63,886 nucleotides of DNA, filler included, from Vannella sp. (GCA_023345925.1; 5 parts of 5 records of this genome joined end to end with filler, not necessarily neighbours in it), one strand, 5' to 3'; counted from the first letter of the whole stretch, positions 10,866 to 23,459 are shown. Numbers and translations: made by a program. Notes: a model not told the origin generated them from the sequence alone.

Positions 10866-12942
10866 TCAGATCATCGAATCTTCAAGCTCTCGGAAGGCCT
10901 TGACAATGTTGTCGAGGAGCTCCTTGTACTCGCGAACAACCTTCTCTTGGCCATCAGAGGGAAGGGCGAATTTCATCTGAGTGAGGCCGTACCAAACGGT
11001 GGCCTTCATGTGCTTATCGATGAGATTCCAGGTGATGCGGTGCTCGGTATTGGCAGTGTTGGTCACAGCCTTTTGAGCTAGGTCGTGGAAGGTAATCATG
11101 TTCTTCAACATCCAGGCAGTCTTGTAGAAGGGGCAGTAGCGATCATGGTCAGAGAAACCATTCTGCTTCAAGAAGTCCTCCTGAATGAGACGGGCGATTT
11201 CGAGGGTGATCTTGTCGCTCTCGTCAAGAGAATCCTGACCGACAAGCTGGACGATTTCTCTGAGAGACTCATCCTTTTGGAAGATCTGTCGGCACTTGGT
11301 GCGGACACGAACCCAGTCACTATCGATCTGGCTGTAGTACGCGTCGAGGATACCGGAGTAGTTGGAGTAACTGATCAGCCAGTTGACAGAGGGGAAGTGC
11401 TTCTTTTGAGCCAATTTCTTATCCAACCCCCAGAACACTTGCACAATGTTGAGAGTAGCAGAAGTCACGGGATCCGAGAAGTCACCACCGGGAGGAGACA
11501 CAGCGCCGACGATACTGACACTTCCTTCACGCGATGGGTTACCCTTGCAAATAACCTTACCAGCACGCTCGTAGAAGCTCGCAAGACGGGCACCAAGGTA
11601 AGCGGGGTAACCACTCTCAGCGGGCATCTCAGCAAGACGACCAGAAATCTCACGAAGAGCCTCAGCCCAGCGAGAAGTAGAGTCGGCCATCATACTGACG
11701 TGAAGACCCATATCACGGAAGTACTCAGCAAGAGTAATACCGGTGTAGATGGAAGCCTCGCGAGCAGCCACGGGCATATTGGAAGTGTTTGCTACGAGCA
11801 CGGTGCGCTGCATAATACTTTGAGGTGTGCCATCGATCTCGACCTCGAGCTCAGGGAACTCAGCCAGTACTTCAGCCATCTCATTACCACGCTCTCCGCA
11901 TCCGACGTACACAATGCAGTCAGAGTTGGAGTACTTGGACAAGGCCTGTGAAATAACAGTCTTTCCGCATCCGAAAGCACCAGGAATCGCGGTGGTTCCT
12001 CCCTGAACACATCTAGAACAAACGTCAGCGTATGATCGATCAACGTTCGAGGTACCTACGGGAAGAGTGCATCGAGGACACGCTGGCCAGTGAGAAGGGG
12101 AGTATCTCCAGCAAGCTTCTCTGTGGTGGGTCGAGGGACACGAACGGGCCAACTGTGGACCATATCGTAGGCGGTCTCCTTACCCTCAAACTCCAAAGAG
12201 TAGATGGAGTCACCCGCCTTGAAAGAGCCAGCACGGGCGATCTTGGTGACCACACCAGCAGCTCTGGGTGGAACCATCAAACGGTGCTTGATGAGGTTGT
12301 TCTCCTTGACGAAACCAATGATGTCGCCTCCACTGACAATATCATCAACCTTGATCTCAGCTGGGGTGAACTCCCAAAGCTTTTGTCGGTCCAAAGCAAC
12401 GGTTGTGATACCACGGGGGATGAAGATACTCTGAGAGAGAGCCTCAATGGACTATGGAACATGCGTGTGAGCCAAAATAATGCAAAATTTTCAAAGGCAG
12501 CTCACCTCAAGGGGGCGTTGGATACCGTCGAAGATGTTGTCCATGATGCCAGGGCCAAGCTCGACAGACAGAGGCTTTCCAGTGCGGGTTACGGGATCTC
12601 CCACTTGGCAACCAGCTGCAAAGGTGTAAGTAAAGAGATAAACGCTTGGGTTGGAAGCGTACAGGTCTCCTCGTACACCTGGATAGTGGCGGTATCATTC
12701 TCAAGACGAATGATCTCTCCAACAAGTTTGTAGATGCCGACACGAACGAGCTCGTACATAGCAGCTCCTTCCATCCTCTCAGCAACAACGACTGCCAACT
12801 GTTAGTATTCTCTTGAGAAGCACTTTTGCAACCAGATCCTCTCACCAGGTCCTGAAATGGAGAAGATCACTCCTCGGTTGGTGTCTTCCTCAGCATCGTT
12901 GAAGGCTGGGAGAGTATCGCGGGCGTTCCTCTGCAGGGACAT
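10866..12942 (-). CDS. ATP6V1A: V-type H+-ATPase catalytic subunit A, multi-exon
   Basis: GAFGCGKT Walker [37 protein letters not shown]-terminal exons [23 protein letters not shown]; several ~45-50 bp introns. Confidence 0.98.
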
Positions 12943-13527
12943 CGGCAGAAGAAAGTGGAGAAGAATTTTCCTTCTTTCGGTCTTGAATGCCAATCTCAAT
13001 TTTCATATGAACACTTAGAAACAGGTCAGAAACAGGTCATCGCTTTATTTTAGAAAGGAAGCGAAGACCTGCTGCCCTCGAGGCGGTCTGCCTTTAGATC
13101 TTGGAGAGGGAATCCCTTAAGAGCTTGTTGACGCATGAAGATGATGCAGTTGAAGCTAAGAGGCTCTGCCTTGCGTTGTGGGCTTGTGGGAAGCGCGTGG
13201 GTCGATCATCTACTGTTGAAAAAAGGACCTTTGTTTTGATACTTGATCACGAGCATGCTTTGATCGCAACCGAATGACTTAAGAAGAAGTCTGGAATAGG
13301 TAAGTAAGATGAAGAAGGGTAGTCGTCCTGCAGGTGCTTCAGAGCCATAACATCAGTCATTGTATGGATAAATTATATAAAATAATGATCAGACTGCTCT
13401 TCCTATGGTTGATTCTCATCCCTTGCACCGGCAGGCATCACTCACCAGCATGGCAGAACAAAATGAACGAACGAACCAGTTTCACCAAAATTTTGACATT
13501 TGAGTCTTCAAACGTTTATGCGATCAA

Positions 13528-15094
13528 TTACAATTCATCGTGGTCGTGAGCATGGCCGCTGGGAAGCTTGCTTTGAACGAATTTGGTGAGGCCATCGAGA
13601 TCACGAGCACCATTGAAGATCTCCTTCTCGCCACTGGCTGAGTACCAGATCAGGGTGGGGAATCCCTCAACACTTTCTTGGATGTAGTTGGCAGTGGCAT
13701 CGATCTTGGCGATGATCACGTCAAGTTCCTTGAGGTTCTCTGCTAGCTCCTCGTAAATGGGGGCGAGAGTCTTGCAGTGTCCACACCAGGGAGCGTAGTA
13801 CTTCACAAAGGCATTCTTGCCCTTGATGGAGTCGAAGTTCTTGGCAACAAGAGTCTTCAGAGCGCCAGAGTCTTCTGGGATGGGCTCGCTCTTCTTGAAA
13901 GGTTGAACGGTGCCATCGACGAGGCTGTCAGCCCACTTGCCGGCGTTCTCGACATTGAAAGTCAACTCTTCATCAAAGGCAAACTGAGTGCTGGCAGCAG
14001 TGGCGATGGCAACGGCGGTGGGGTAAACAGATCCAGAGGCACCGGCTCCTTGAAGGCCACGACCGAGGCGGTTGGAGTCTCCGAAAATGAAACCGATCTC
14101 AGCAGTACGCTCAGGGGTGGCGAGCTGGTTGAGGAGGTCAATAACGAAAGCCTTGGACTCCTCATCTTCAAAATCAACACCAGCGATAAAGACAAAGCGC
14201 TTGCTGGCAGAGATACGCTGGAAGTTGTCAGAGCTGAACTCAACAACGGTGGGATAGGCGTTATTGCGGATGAAAGCGCTCAGAGTCTCGTCATCAGTGA
14301 ACTTGGCAACGATCGGTTTGGCACCGGTGGGGAAAACAACAACGTCACCGTTCTGGTACTCTCTGATAAGGTGTGAGATCCAGTGGAAACTTCAGGCTAG
14401 AGCAATAGAAAGGGGCTTACCCAAACAGAGATTCATCAGTGACCGTGAAGAAAGAAATGTCTCCAATGGTTCTGCTGAGGCTGACAAGTCCTTTGTAGCT
14501 ATCAGAGGTACCATACACAATAACAGAGATACCAGCCTCAAGGGCTTCGGAAACACTCTCAGAGGAGGAGAGCACATCGAGGGTGGAGACGGTCTGCTTC
14601 TTCACCCAGGCGTAGATACCAGCAGCATCTCTTCCACCACTGTACTCAGTGGGCTTGTAAGAGTTTTCCTTACTTTTGAAGCGTGTAAGTCAGTCTGCTT
14701 GTTTGGTGATGAGCGGAAGAGCCACGTACGAATACCAGAAGAGAGTGGGATATCCGCGGACTTCAAATCGCTCGCCAAGGGCCTTGTTCTCAGTCACATC
14801 GACCTTGCCAAGCTTAACAGAGGAGCCTTCAGCCTCCAACTTCAGAGCTGCCTCAGAGTAGTGAGGAGCGAGGCTCTTGCAGTGGCCGCACCATGGAGCC
14901 TGCAGCACGGTGAATCACTCTTCATCCAACAGGGCTTGTCGACGTACATAGAACTCAACAAGAGCAAACTCTTGCGCCTCGAGCCACTCATCAAAGTTAT
15001 CAACGGTAAGGACAAACACTCCCTCATCTTGAGTTGCCTCAGCGGATGCAGTTGCGATCAGCGCAACGAATACGGCTAAGAGCACGCTCCGCAT
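13528..15094 (-). CDS. PDI: Protein disulfide-isomerase (a-b-b'-a'), multi-exon
   Basis: Signal peptide MRSVLLAVFVALIATASA, two APWCGHCK active sites, C-terminal HDEL. Confidence 0.97.
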
Positions 15095-15110
15095 GGCAGG
15101 AACAACAGAA

Positions 15111-15137
15111 GTGACGTGGAAGGGGTCTCCACGTCAC
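15111..15137. promoter_or_regulatory. Perfect 10-bp inverted repeat GTGACGTGGA-N7-TCCACGTCAC (two UPRE-like TGACGTGG bZIP sites)
   Basis: 17-43 bp upstream of the PDI ATG; each arm contains TGACGTGG, the metazoan UPRE consensus. Confidence 0.6.
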
Positions 15138-15216
15138 CGCCTTTAAATTCGCTCAGAACAGAGCCGCTTAATGCTCGAATCATTTAGTTATATTAATTTG
15201 GTCCATTGTGGGGGCA

Positions 15217-18200
15217 ATGAGGGAGGTGTTGAGGTACTACGGTGCAGTGGACGGTTTAGCTCCTCAAGGGCGGTGTTCGTTGCATAGTCATGGCAAAGAG
15301 GTTGTTCTGGAGCATCGGCTGAGTTCCTCTTCGGTTCATTGGCGTCCCTTCGCTGAGGAGAGGCTTCACCCATCGTACACTGACGCGGAAGCTCCAGTGG
15401 TGGCTCTTTTGGGGGCCCTTGTGACAACCCATTCGTTACTACCGACGGCACGATTTCAGTCTTTCACTTCAACAGCGGACTCACCCACACCACCCACAGA
15501 GGGGGCGGATAATGTTGATCTTTCCTCTCCCAATCTCTCAACCATTACGCAGCTCAATCCTCAATGCTATCAATGCGTTGCCATGCACTGTGCCGGTCTC
15601 ATTAGTGCAAGGAGCAACGGGGGGTTTGAGGGAATGGCACCTAACTGTGACCTCCTTTGCCTCCAAGTTGTGGATGAATACGGGAACAGCACCATCTCTG
15701 CATTGACCAAAGCAGTCAGCTTTGCAAGGAAGCAGAACGCCCAAGTGATCTGCATACCGTTCTCCTTACCAAGTGATCAGCTGGAGGAGCATGCTCCACT
15801 CCAACTCGAGTTGCAAGAGGCAGCCAAGGATGGCATCCTCATTGTCGCTGCCAAGACACAGCCAAGCTATTGCTTCCCTGCTGACGAACCCTACGTGTGT
15901 TCGGTCGTCTCTTTCAATCGGAAGCACGATCTCTCCCTCAATGACATGAATGAGGAATGCATTGCCGATGTAGCAGCTCCAGGAGAGGGATTATGGTCTC
16001 TTCATATGGAGGATTTGTCATCTAGCGAGGGTATTGGATCTTTCTGTCGAATGGGGGGTAATTCAATGGCCTCCTGCCTTGTTGCTGGACTAGCCGCCCG
16101 TTTAATAAGCAAGAAGATGACCAATCCAGCTCGGAGCTTCTGTGAATTCCTTCGCGCAGGAGCTCTGAATTGCGCTGTTCACTCTTATCCTTTGAGAGTG
16201 ACCCATTTGATTGACTCCAGCACTGTTCTTATGCAGGAAGATCACTTTCCGGAACATCCAGAAGGTCACTATTTCTCCACACCTAACGGCCCAGGCCCCA
16301 TTCCCCAGCCTACTCTTCCCGAAAACGAAGCAGATGTTGACAAAGAAGAGGACCAGCAAAGTAGCATTGAACAAGAAGATACCAGAAAGGAGGTTCAGGA
16401 GAAAAGCGAATCAAATACGGAGGAGAACCCTCCCAGTTCTTTCCGGGACTACCAAAAGAAGCTTTATAGCCGCATTCTTGATGCGGTGCAGAAAAGTGAG
16501 CATGACCCTTACATTCTTGCTAGGATGCGACAGCATGTTCTCCTGTTGGATATGGATTCTCCAAGCATTCAACCTTACCAAATTCCTGCCCGCCGTCCGC
16601 TAGTGCGCACGTCACTAGGTTCTAGGCGGTGCGGTCCTGCTATGGGATTCATTGATTGGGCATTGGGATACTCTATTCCCTTCTCCGTACGGACAAATGA
16701 GCGGGGCCAAAGTAGCGATCTGATTGGTAACTTATCTTCATCTCAAGAGGAGTCTAGAGACGCCCAAATCGAGCCTGAAGTGATCCGATTGCTCACTTCA
16801 AAGCGCCTTACTGACCAACAACTTGACGACAATCTCTGGGCTGTGCTTCATCACTGCCGAGGACACTCCTACGATGAGTGGGTGGTGATTACAGAGAGTA
16901 CACCACCTGACAATCTCAAAGACCTTCTAAGGAGGGTCGGTTATACTCATCCCGAGTCAGAGATTCGCTGCCTTCAAGTGATTCTCAAGCCGAGCATACA
17001 CATCAGCAGTATTTGGGAATTCTGTAGTCGCTTGGCCGCAGTGGAGGGAGTCGTAGATGCGGAACCCCTCTTTCTGGAAACAGAGTATCATCTGCGCAAT
17101 CTGGAGCAGGGAACGAGGCCCCTCAGTTCGGTTCTATTCCAAAATGCGGACCCTCATCATGAATTGGTGAACTACTTGGGTATTGAGCCCGCTTTTGACC
17201 TTTCTGACATTGGAGACGACATTCATATTGCTGTCATTGACACTCACTATCAGAAGCATGAGTGTCTTCTTCGAGGGAATATCCAGTTTGAACAAGGGTG
17301 GGACTACATCAGGCACCAAGTTTGGCGTACTCTTGCTGATACTTGGACTGCTGGGACAACACGCGGGTGGTCACATAGCCGTGGAGATTATGGTCTTGCA
17401 AACATTTCTGCCATTCTCGGAATCAAGGATGCAGTGAATGGGGTCTCACCACAGTCTTGCATTACGCCTATTCGCGCTTTCAATGAGGCAGCTAAGATCC
17501 TAGCAGATGACGGGGAGAGTATTCAAGTTCTCAATGTGATTCACAAGTCTACAGTTCGGCTGGTTGAGGCCATCAAACACTCCCGAAAGATTCGTGCTGA
17601 TGTTATATCCATTCACTTTGGGCTCGTCTCTCCCAGCTTTATTGGCTCTCTTCAGAGAGCCATTCGAACGGCAGAGATGGAAGATATTATTATCTGTGCA
17701 ACTGTTGGACCAGTTGTCCGATTCTCTGAGGGTACTTCTGGCAGGCTGCTATTCCAAACAGAACAAGTTTATCCTGCTGGTGGAAGTATGTTCGCTCCTT
17801 CTCGGTTCTCAGAAGTGATTGGAGTGGCAAGTTGCTCTGCCGATGACAGACCGTCTTTCTTCTCTTGCTATGGTAAGTACCTAAGAAGAGAGGAGAAGTG
17901 TCTGAATTTGAATTTCATTTTCTCTTAGGATCTCAAGTAGATGCGACATCGATTGCAGAGTCAGTTGTAGTTGCTGCAATAATCGAGGACGAGGTGTCCC
18001 CTGGCACAGGTGCACGAGGAGTCTCTAGTTCAGCAATTGCCACACCAACTATTTCAGCCCTCGCAGCGCTTTGGATTTCCTTCCATCGAAAGGAGAAGTT
18101 GCTCAAGATCTATCGAAGGGTCGCCCCACTTCATTATGTGTTCAAATACGTTCTGTCTCACTCTTGTTTCGCTCCCAAAACGTGGGACTCGCAGACACTC

Positions 18201-19127
18201 AAGCTCTTTGGTGATGGAACCATGCGCAATTCTATCAGCAATCTTCTGAACACAGAGCTTCCCACTCTCTCACAGATAAGAGAGTTTGTTGGGTCGAGGA
18301 AGAGAGCTTACCCCTCGATATTTGGGATGGACTTTGCCACTTCTGACTCAATCAACATCTACTTGCAGCGCGAAGTGAGCTTCCTGTATTACTCAGAACC
18401 TTCTATGCGCAGTCTCCGTCGACAGAGCTTCTACCAAGAGCTTCTGGGAAAGCTTTGTATTTCATCCCAACGAGAACTCGTCCGGGTAATTAACCATCTT
18501 CCGTATCTCACTTTCGAACCTCAACTTGGCCTTGCTATGGTCTCAGACGAGTTTGTGGTGACGACCGGCGGCCAGATCTTAGATACCAAGAAAAAGTTGA
18601 ATCTTTCGAAGAAGATTGGAGTCCCCATCGAGCTGGCTCAGTTTGTTCCACCTTCAGGCGTGTGGAAAAGTATCTTTTACTTGGGGAAAGACAGTAATGT
18701 TCACCAACTCTACTGGTTCCAGTCGCTACGGCACTGGGTGACTTCTCTCTTCTACAAGAATGTCACTTCTGAGTTTCCCAATGCCTTGGCCAAGAGGACG
18801 TCAGGGCCGGTTGCCTTCCGTGACGAGAGGTGCTATTATGTGTACTACATTGGCAAGTCCAATCGCGTCCATGTTCTTCGGAGTCTGGATCAAACCCACG
18901 TGTGGCACCATAATGTGGTGGAGATTGCTCACAAAGGCCTTCCGCTTCATCTACATCCAGACTGTGGGCCTCTTGTTCGAGAAGGTGGCTCTTGTGTGGT
19001 CTTACGAGCGCTTACGAAGACCGGTGGCTGGAAGATCCACCACCTTCTCGGTCACCCGACACTGGAAGCGTCTTGTGGGCTCACTGTGCCTCACCACCAG
19101 GCCACACTACCACCACTACCTACCTAG
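15217..19127 (+). CDS. Tandem S8 (subtilase)-like domains with degenerate catalytic triads plus C-terminal lectin-like repeats; intron 17873-17928
   Basis: Domain 1: VAMHCAGLIS, GMAPNCDL, FPA..PYV, DVAAPGE, GNSMASCLVAGLAA. Domain 2: IAVIDT, DYG, GVSP, PSRFSEVIGVA, SFFSCYG/SQVD, SSAIATPTISALAALW. C-terminal IFYLGKDSNVHQLYW / VYYIGKSNRVHVL repeats. Confidence 0.75.
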
Positions 19128-19311
19128 GACCCCTTTGTTGAGCGATAAACGAACTCCCAGTTAGCCTCTCTTCTGGGGGAAGAGAGGCTTCCCTTCACTT
19201 CACGAGGGGCTGTGACGTGACTAGTTGATTTGATAAATGGTGTAAGTCCCTTGTTCTTCTGTGGGAGGGGTGCTCTTGCAGCACAGGGCGCCAGTGTGTT
19301 GTCAGGCGTCT

Positions 19312-19572
19312 TTATTGCCCCGAGAGGGCAAAGGGGAATAGAGAGCCCCCACGAAGGGCTAGAACCAGATGGAGTGTGTTACCAGCAGCAATCTTGTAGA
19401 AGTCTACTGTCTTATCGTCTGCGAGGGCCTTCCCACCGAAGATAAGGCGCTGTTGAGTAGGCGGGATACCCTCCTTCTCCTCCACTCTCTCCTTGATGCG
19501 CTGAATGGAGTCATTCGCATCAATATCTATGTCAATAGGCCGTCCAGTCAAAGTCTTGATCTTAATCTGCAT
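19312..19572 (-). CDS. NEDD8: NEDD8/RUB1 ubiquitin-like precursor
   Basis: [10 protein letters not shown]…[23 protein letters not shown]…[10 protein letters not shown] plus a 10-aa C-terminal extension. Confidence 0.95.
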   Translation of the reverse strand: MQIKIKTLTGRPIDIDIDANDSIQRIKERVEEKEGIPPTQQRLIFGGKALADDKTVDFYKIAAGNTLHLVLALRGGSLFPFALSGQ

Positions 19573-19828
19573 GACCAAGGCCACAGGCGAAGCAATAAAT
19601 GACCTCCCACCTGATTGGTCAGAGACACTTCACCTAAAAGCAACGAAGCCAGACCTCGTGCTTCGGACCTTCGCAAGGATCGGGCTAGTATCAGAGTCAA
19701 TGGCCACGGGAGAACTGAGATTGGCCCTTGTGCGTGAAGACAGCCGTTGGGAGACCGGCTGATAGCGGTTCGGCTTGCGGATTGAGCCAAATCGCACCGG
19801 CGGCATTCTCAACAGCGCATTGATTACA

Positions 19829-19928
19829 NNNNNNNNNNNNNNNNNNNNNNNNNNNNNNNNNNNNNNNNNNNNTTAATTAATTAANNNNNNNNNNNNNNNN
19901 NNNNNNNNNNNNNNNNNNNNNNNNNNNN
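19829..19928. other. Artificial assembly spacer N44-TTAATTAATTAA-N44
   Basis: Identical to the other spacers. Confidence 0.99.
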
Positions 19929-20058
19929 GATATTTATTTTTTATCGTCCAATAGAATTACACATTTATTGTGAAGGATTGCCATTATTTTCGTTCACTTT
20001 TTGTTGGGACCGCGAAGCCCTTCTCGAACCGGCTTCTTCCTATCTCAACAGTTGAACG

Positions 20059-21144
20059 ATGGGGAATCAAGAGTCTACAGCAGTGCAGACAGTGTCGCCT
20101 TTCCCACAGAACGAACAGCTCCGTTTAGCGGTGTTGGAGCAAGAGAAGTCGTTGCCTGTGCAGCAGCGCTCTTTCATTCGTGCGTGCCGTAATGCGAACG
20201 TTGTCCAGATGGAGAACCTTATCACAGGTGGCTCTGTGGATCCAAACGTCAAAGGGCTAACGTCCTGCTCGATTCTTCATTACGTTGTGAGTTGCCCTTC
20301 TCATCCTAACCAACCAGAGGTAGTGAAACTCCTCCTACGACATGGTGTATCGCCTCTCTCAACAGCTAAGAACGGTGCGTCGTGTGTTCACGCATTGGCG
20401 GTGAATCAGGAGGATGATGCCATTGCCGTTGCTCTTCTCGACGTCTTAGTGTACGATGTGACCTCTGTCAAGCAACTGATAATCCCAGACAACGATTGTA
20501 ACACTCCTCTGCACCTTGCGGCAGCGTTAGGAAGGGTTGCTTTAGTGTTTGCGCTGATCAGGAAAGCTGAGGAGTACTCTGTCAGTGTGGTGGACCGCAA
20601 GAACCTGAAGGGAGAGACTCCACTGCACCTTACACAATCACCAACCATCGCCCGCATCCTTCTAACACAGTCGGAGGAACATGTCAACTATCAGAATGCT
20701 GGAGGGCGCACTGCGCTTCACCAAGCCGTTGCGAAGAAGAACTTAGCTCTAGCGATGGTTCTCTTGAGCCACAAGGCTGACCCTGATCTTACAGACTCGA
20801 TTGGCTTCTCCGCTCTCTCTTTGATGCAACAATTAGCGCACAAGAACGAGCTGGACACCCTCATAGAGAGCAACTTACAGCTCTCCCGCGCCAGAAGACA
20901 CAAAGCAGACGAATACGACCCCGCTGCAGAGGAGGCCGAAGCCCAATCCGCCGGGCAAGATCGCGCCGAGTTACTGGAGCTTATCGTCGAGATGAAGCTC
21001 TCTCACCGACGAGACATCGAAACCTTGCGCTTGGAATACGACACCAAGCTTGAGCAGCTCACCAAACGGCTTTCCGACCTCACAACCGCCGTCGACCGCG
21101 CCGCCAAGGCCGCCAAAGCCGCCGTCCCTGCTGCCACCAAGTAA
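20059..21144 (+). CDS. Ankyrin-repeat protein with N-myristoylation-like start (MGNQES) and C-terminal coiled coil
   Basis: NTPLHLAA, GETPLHL, GRTALHQAV; MGxxxS N-terminus; heptad-rich C-terminus. Confidence 0.85.
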   Translation: MGNQESTAVQTVSPFPQNEQLRLAVLEQEKSLPVQQRSFIRACRNANVVQMENLITGGSVDPNVKGLTSCSILHYVVSCPSHPNQPEVVKLLLRHGVSPLSTAKNGASCVHALAVNQEDDAIAVALLDVLVYDVTSVKQLIIPDNDCNTPLHLAAALGRVALVFALIRKAEEYSVSVVDRKNLKGETPLHLTQSPTIARILLTQSEEHVNYQNAGGRTALHQAVAKKNLALAMVLLSHKADPDLTDSIGFSALSLMQQLAHKNELDTLIESNLQLSRARRHKADEYDPAAEEAEAQSAGQDRAELLELIVEMKLSHRRDIETLRLEYDTKLEQLTKRLSDLTTAVDRAAKAAKAAVPAATK

Positions 21145-21200
21145 CCTCCTTTTGTACATAAAACCAGAGCCGCTCCTTGTCCGTGGCATTGTTTGGAGGG

Positions 21201-23079
21201 ATGGGGGAGTTGCTAAGGGTCCACAACTTCCTCAAGAAGCACGGTTACACGGGCACCTTACATCGGTACGTTCGTCGTGGAGGGTGGGAGTTCGTGTGGC
21301 TCATGGAGGGGAAGGTTGGAGAGGGAGACGGGGAAGTTCTTTGATCAGGAGTTCGTTCTGGAGTTGGTCAGCGAAGGGAAGTTCTTGAAGGCTTCGAAGT
21401 ACTTGGAGGGCTTTGTTCTCTTACCAAGTCATGTGGCGGCACCTGGAAGTAGTGCTGCTGCCTTGTCTTCACCAGAGGAGCAAGCCAGACTCAAGATCTT
21501 CCACACTTTGCATCTGCAGCGCTATCTGGAGGCTATCTTTCATCATGAACGATACGAAGCTTATAAGATTCTCGAATCTGATCTACGTTACATGCTTGAA
21601 CGTGCCAACTTCGATCACTACAAAGACTTAGTTGATCTCTTGTCCTCCGATCGCATCCCGTAAGCACACGCCGTTCCGTGGGGAGCATCAGAGCTGATTG
21701 TTGTATGCAGAGAGACAGTAGTTAAGAGCTTTGTCTCTTCAAAGGACGCATTGCGCTGGCCCCAGTACGCCAAGGACCATCTGATTCCCTTACTCCGCGA
21801 CCTCTTTCAGAGAAGCCCCCAACTGTCCAGAGATGGTGATAATGAGATGGACCTCGACTCTTCTCCCTCAGAGACTGACAGCAAGCTCTATCCCGTTGTG
21901 GCACGAAAAACCGAGCCGGATGTGAAGATTATGTCACGTGCTGCTTCAGGAGGCTTGTCTATGGCAGTGAAGGTGCGTCTGATAGACTGTCAAGGTCCCT
22001 TATATGTGCATGCTGATAGTGTCATGCTAGACTATCTCCCGCATTCAAGTCAGTTCGAGGGAAATCATGAGATTGGCTGCTTCCTGGGACAAAAATTATT
22101 TGGCTTCTCTTGATGAGGTTGGCAAAGTGTCTATCTATCAGTTCAAGCGGGGGGAGTTTGTTACTCCAGCAGAGAGGGAAGGGCAAAATGCACTTCCTAG
22201 CAATGGGGACAATGTGATTCCAGTTCTCTGTTTCAGTGCGGTACGAGCCTCTTGCAGCGTTCTAATTTTATCTGACTTGAAACAGAACGGGCTGTATGTT
22301 TGTTCCTCCCTAGGCGGCGATCCTTCGTTGCACTGGGTGATAGATGCAAAATCTGTTATAATGGGACAAAGAAAAGGAGCCACTGCAGCTTGCTTTGATG
22401 CTCCAGCTATCCTTTTTGGTCTTCAAGATGGCATAGTGCGGAGATTTATGACGGCTCATCATACTGAGATTGTTGTTCAACACAAAGAATGCATTGCCTC
22501 ACTCTCCAAATTTGAGGATTTACTGGCTACTGTTTCTGTGACTGGGTAAGTCTCTTCATTACAGAAGAGGATGGATTCTTAGTTACTTGCGAAGCTTTTT
22601 TTTCCTCACCAACTGCGTGACAAAATCCTTGCACCAGCACCTACTGGATCCGTGGACAGATCAATACCGCTTCATCTTCACTCAATTTATCAAGCTTCCA
22701 ACAGATGGACGCGTCGTCATTCTAATTAGCTATTATTGCGCATTCTCCATTTTTGATGTTTCAACTCGCTCTATTGTTTCCACCACACGAGCCCCTGCTG
22801 GTAGATTCTTCACAAAGGCTGTGTATTATGTAGGACGATTTCCTCCCATTCTTCTTCTGAGCTTACCCCTTCAAATAGCCCCAGAGAAACACTATCTTTT
22901 GCTCTTCAGAAAGTGACATTTTCATTTATAAGTACGAAGAGAGCTGCCGATCCTTGGGTACTTTGTCCGTTGGAGGGGATATTGCTATTCTTGATCTTAT
23001 TCCTGACCCTTCCTCATCCAACTATCTTTTTGCTGGAATGGCTTCCGGAGAGATTCTTTGTATCGAACTGAGAAGTTAA
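21201..23079 (+). CDS. LisH-CTLH-CRA (TOPLESS-like N-terminus) plus degenerate WD40-like propeller; multi-exon (first intron 21266-21314)
   Basis: Spliced MGELLRVHNFLKKHGYTGTLHR/LERETGKFFDQEFVLELVSEGKFLKASKYLEGF…LKIFHTLHLQRYLEAIFHHERYEAYKILESDLR…KDLVDLLS closely parallels the plant TOPLESS N-terminal domain; downstream exons are beta-rich, WD-like. Confidence 0.7.
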
Positions 23080-23459
23080 AATCCCTTTCCCAGACAGCAA
23101 CAGAGCCTCATTGGAGTAAGACAAGACACATCCAAATCCAACCAATTCTGGCTGCTACCTAAAGCTGAACACAGTTAGACCATATTCCTGCTCCTGATTG
23201 ATGAAGGGAGACTCTCCCAAGGAAACCAATGTGAACTCATTTTCTTTCCTCCTTCAGAACTCACCCATCTCTTCTCCATGCTCCCCCTAAACAGGGGTTT
23301 GGGTTAAGAACGAAGAGACTCTCCGTTCTCCAAGGTGGAAGGGAGACAGAACAGGTTCTCGAAGGGCAGACAGTACCAATGATCATCTTCCCCCAAGAGA
23401 TCAAACCTCGTTGAATCGCTTGTTTATGTGCGATTGAAGCCGTTTAAGGGAGTAAGCGA

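Noticed and set aside
11860..11930. Possible VMA1-type intein in V-ATPase A
   Set aside because: The canonical insertion site [11 protein letters not shown] is uninterrupted; no intein or homing endonuclease sequence is present.
13000..13520. Possible ncRNA or small gene between V-ATPase A and PDI (includes an AGAAACAGGTC direct repeat at 13017-13038)
   Set aside because: No identifiable snRNA, snoRNA or tRNA hallmarks by eye; compatible with PDI 3' UTR plus V-ATPase promoter.
11085..15079. Long plus-strand ORFs (11085-11951, 12032-12733, 13777-14376, 14264-15079)
   Set aside because: Antisense shadows of codon-biased, highly expressed V-ATPase A and PDI; no recognisable motifs.
9498..19572. 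F-box protein and NEDD8 on the same block (plus an RBR ligase later) as a ubiquitin-pathway cluster
   Set aside because: Separated by unrelated genes; these families are abundant, so proximity is expected by chance.
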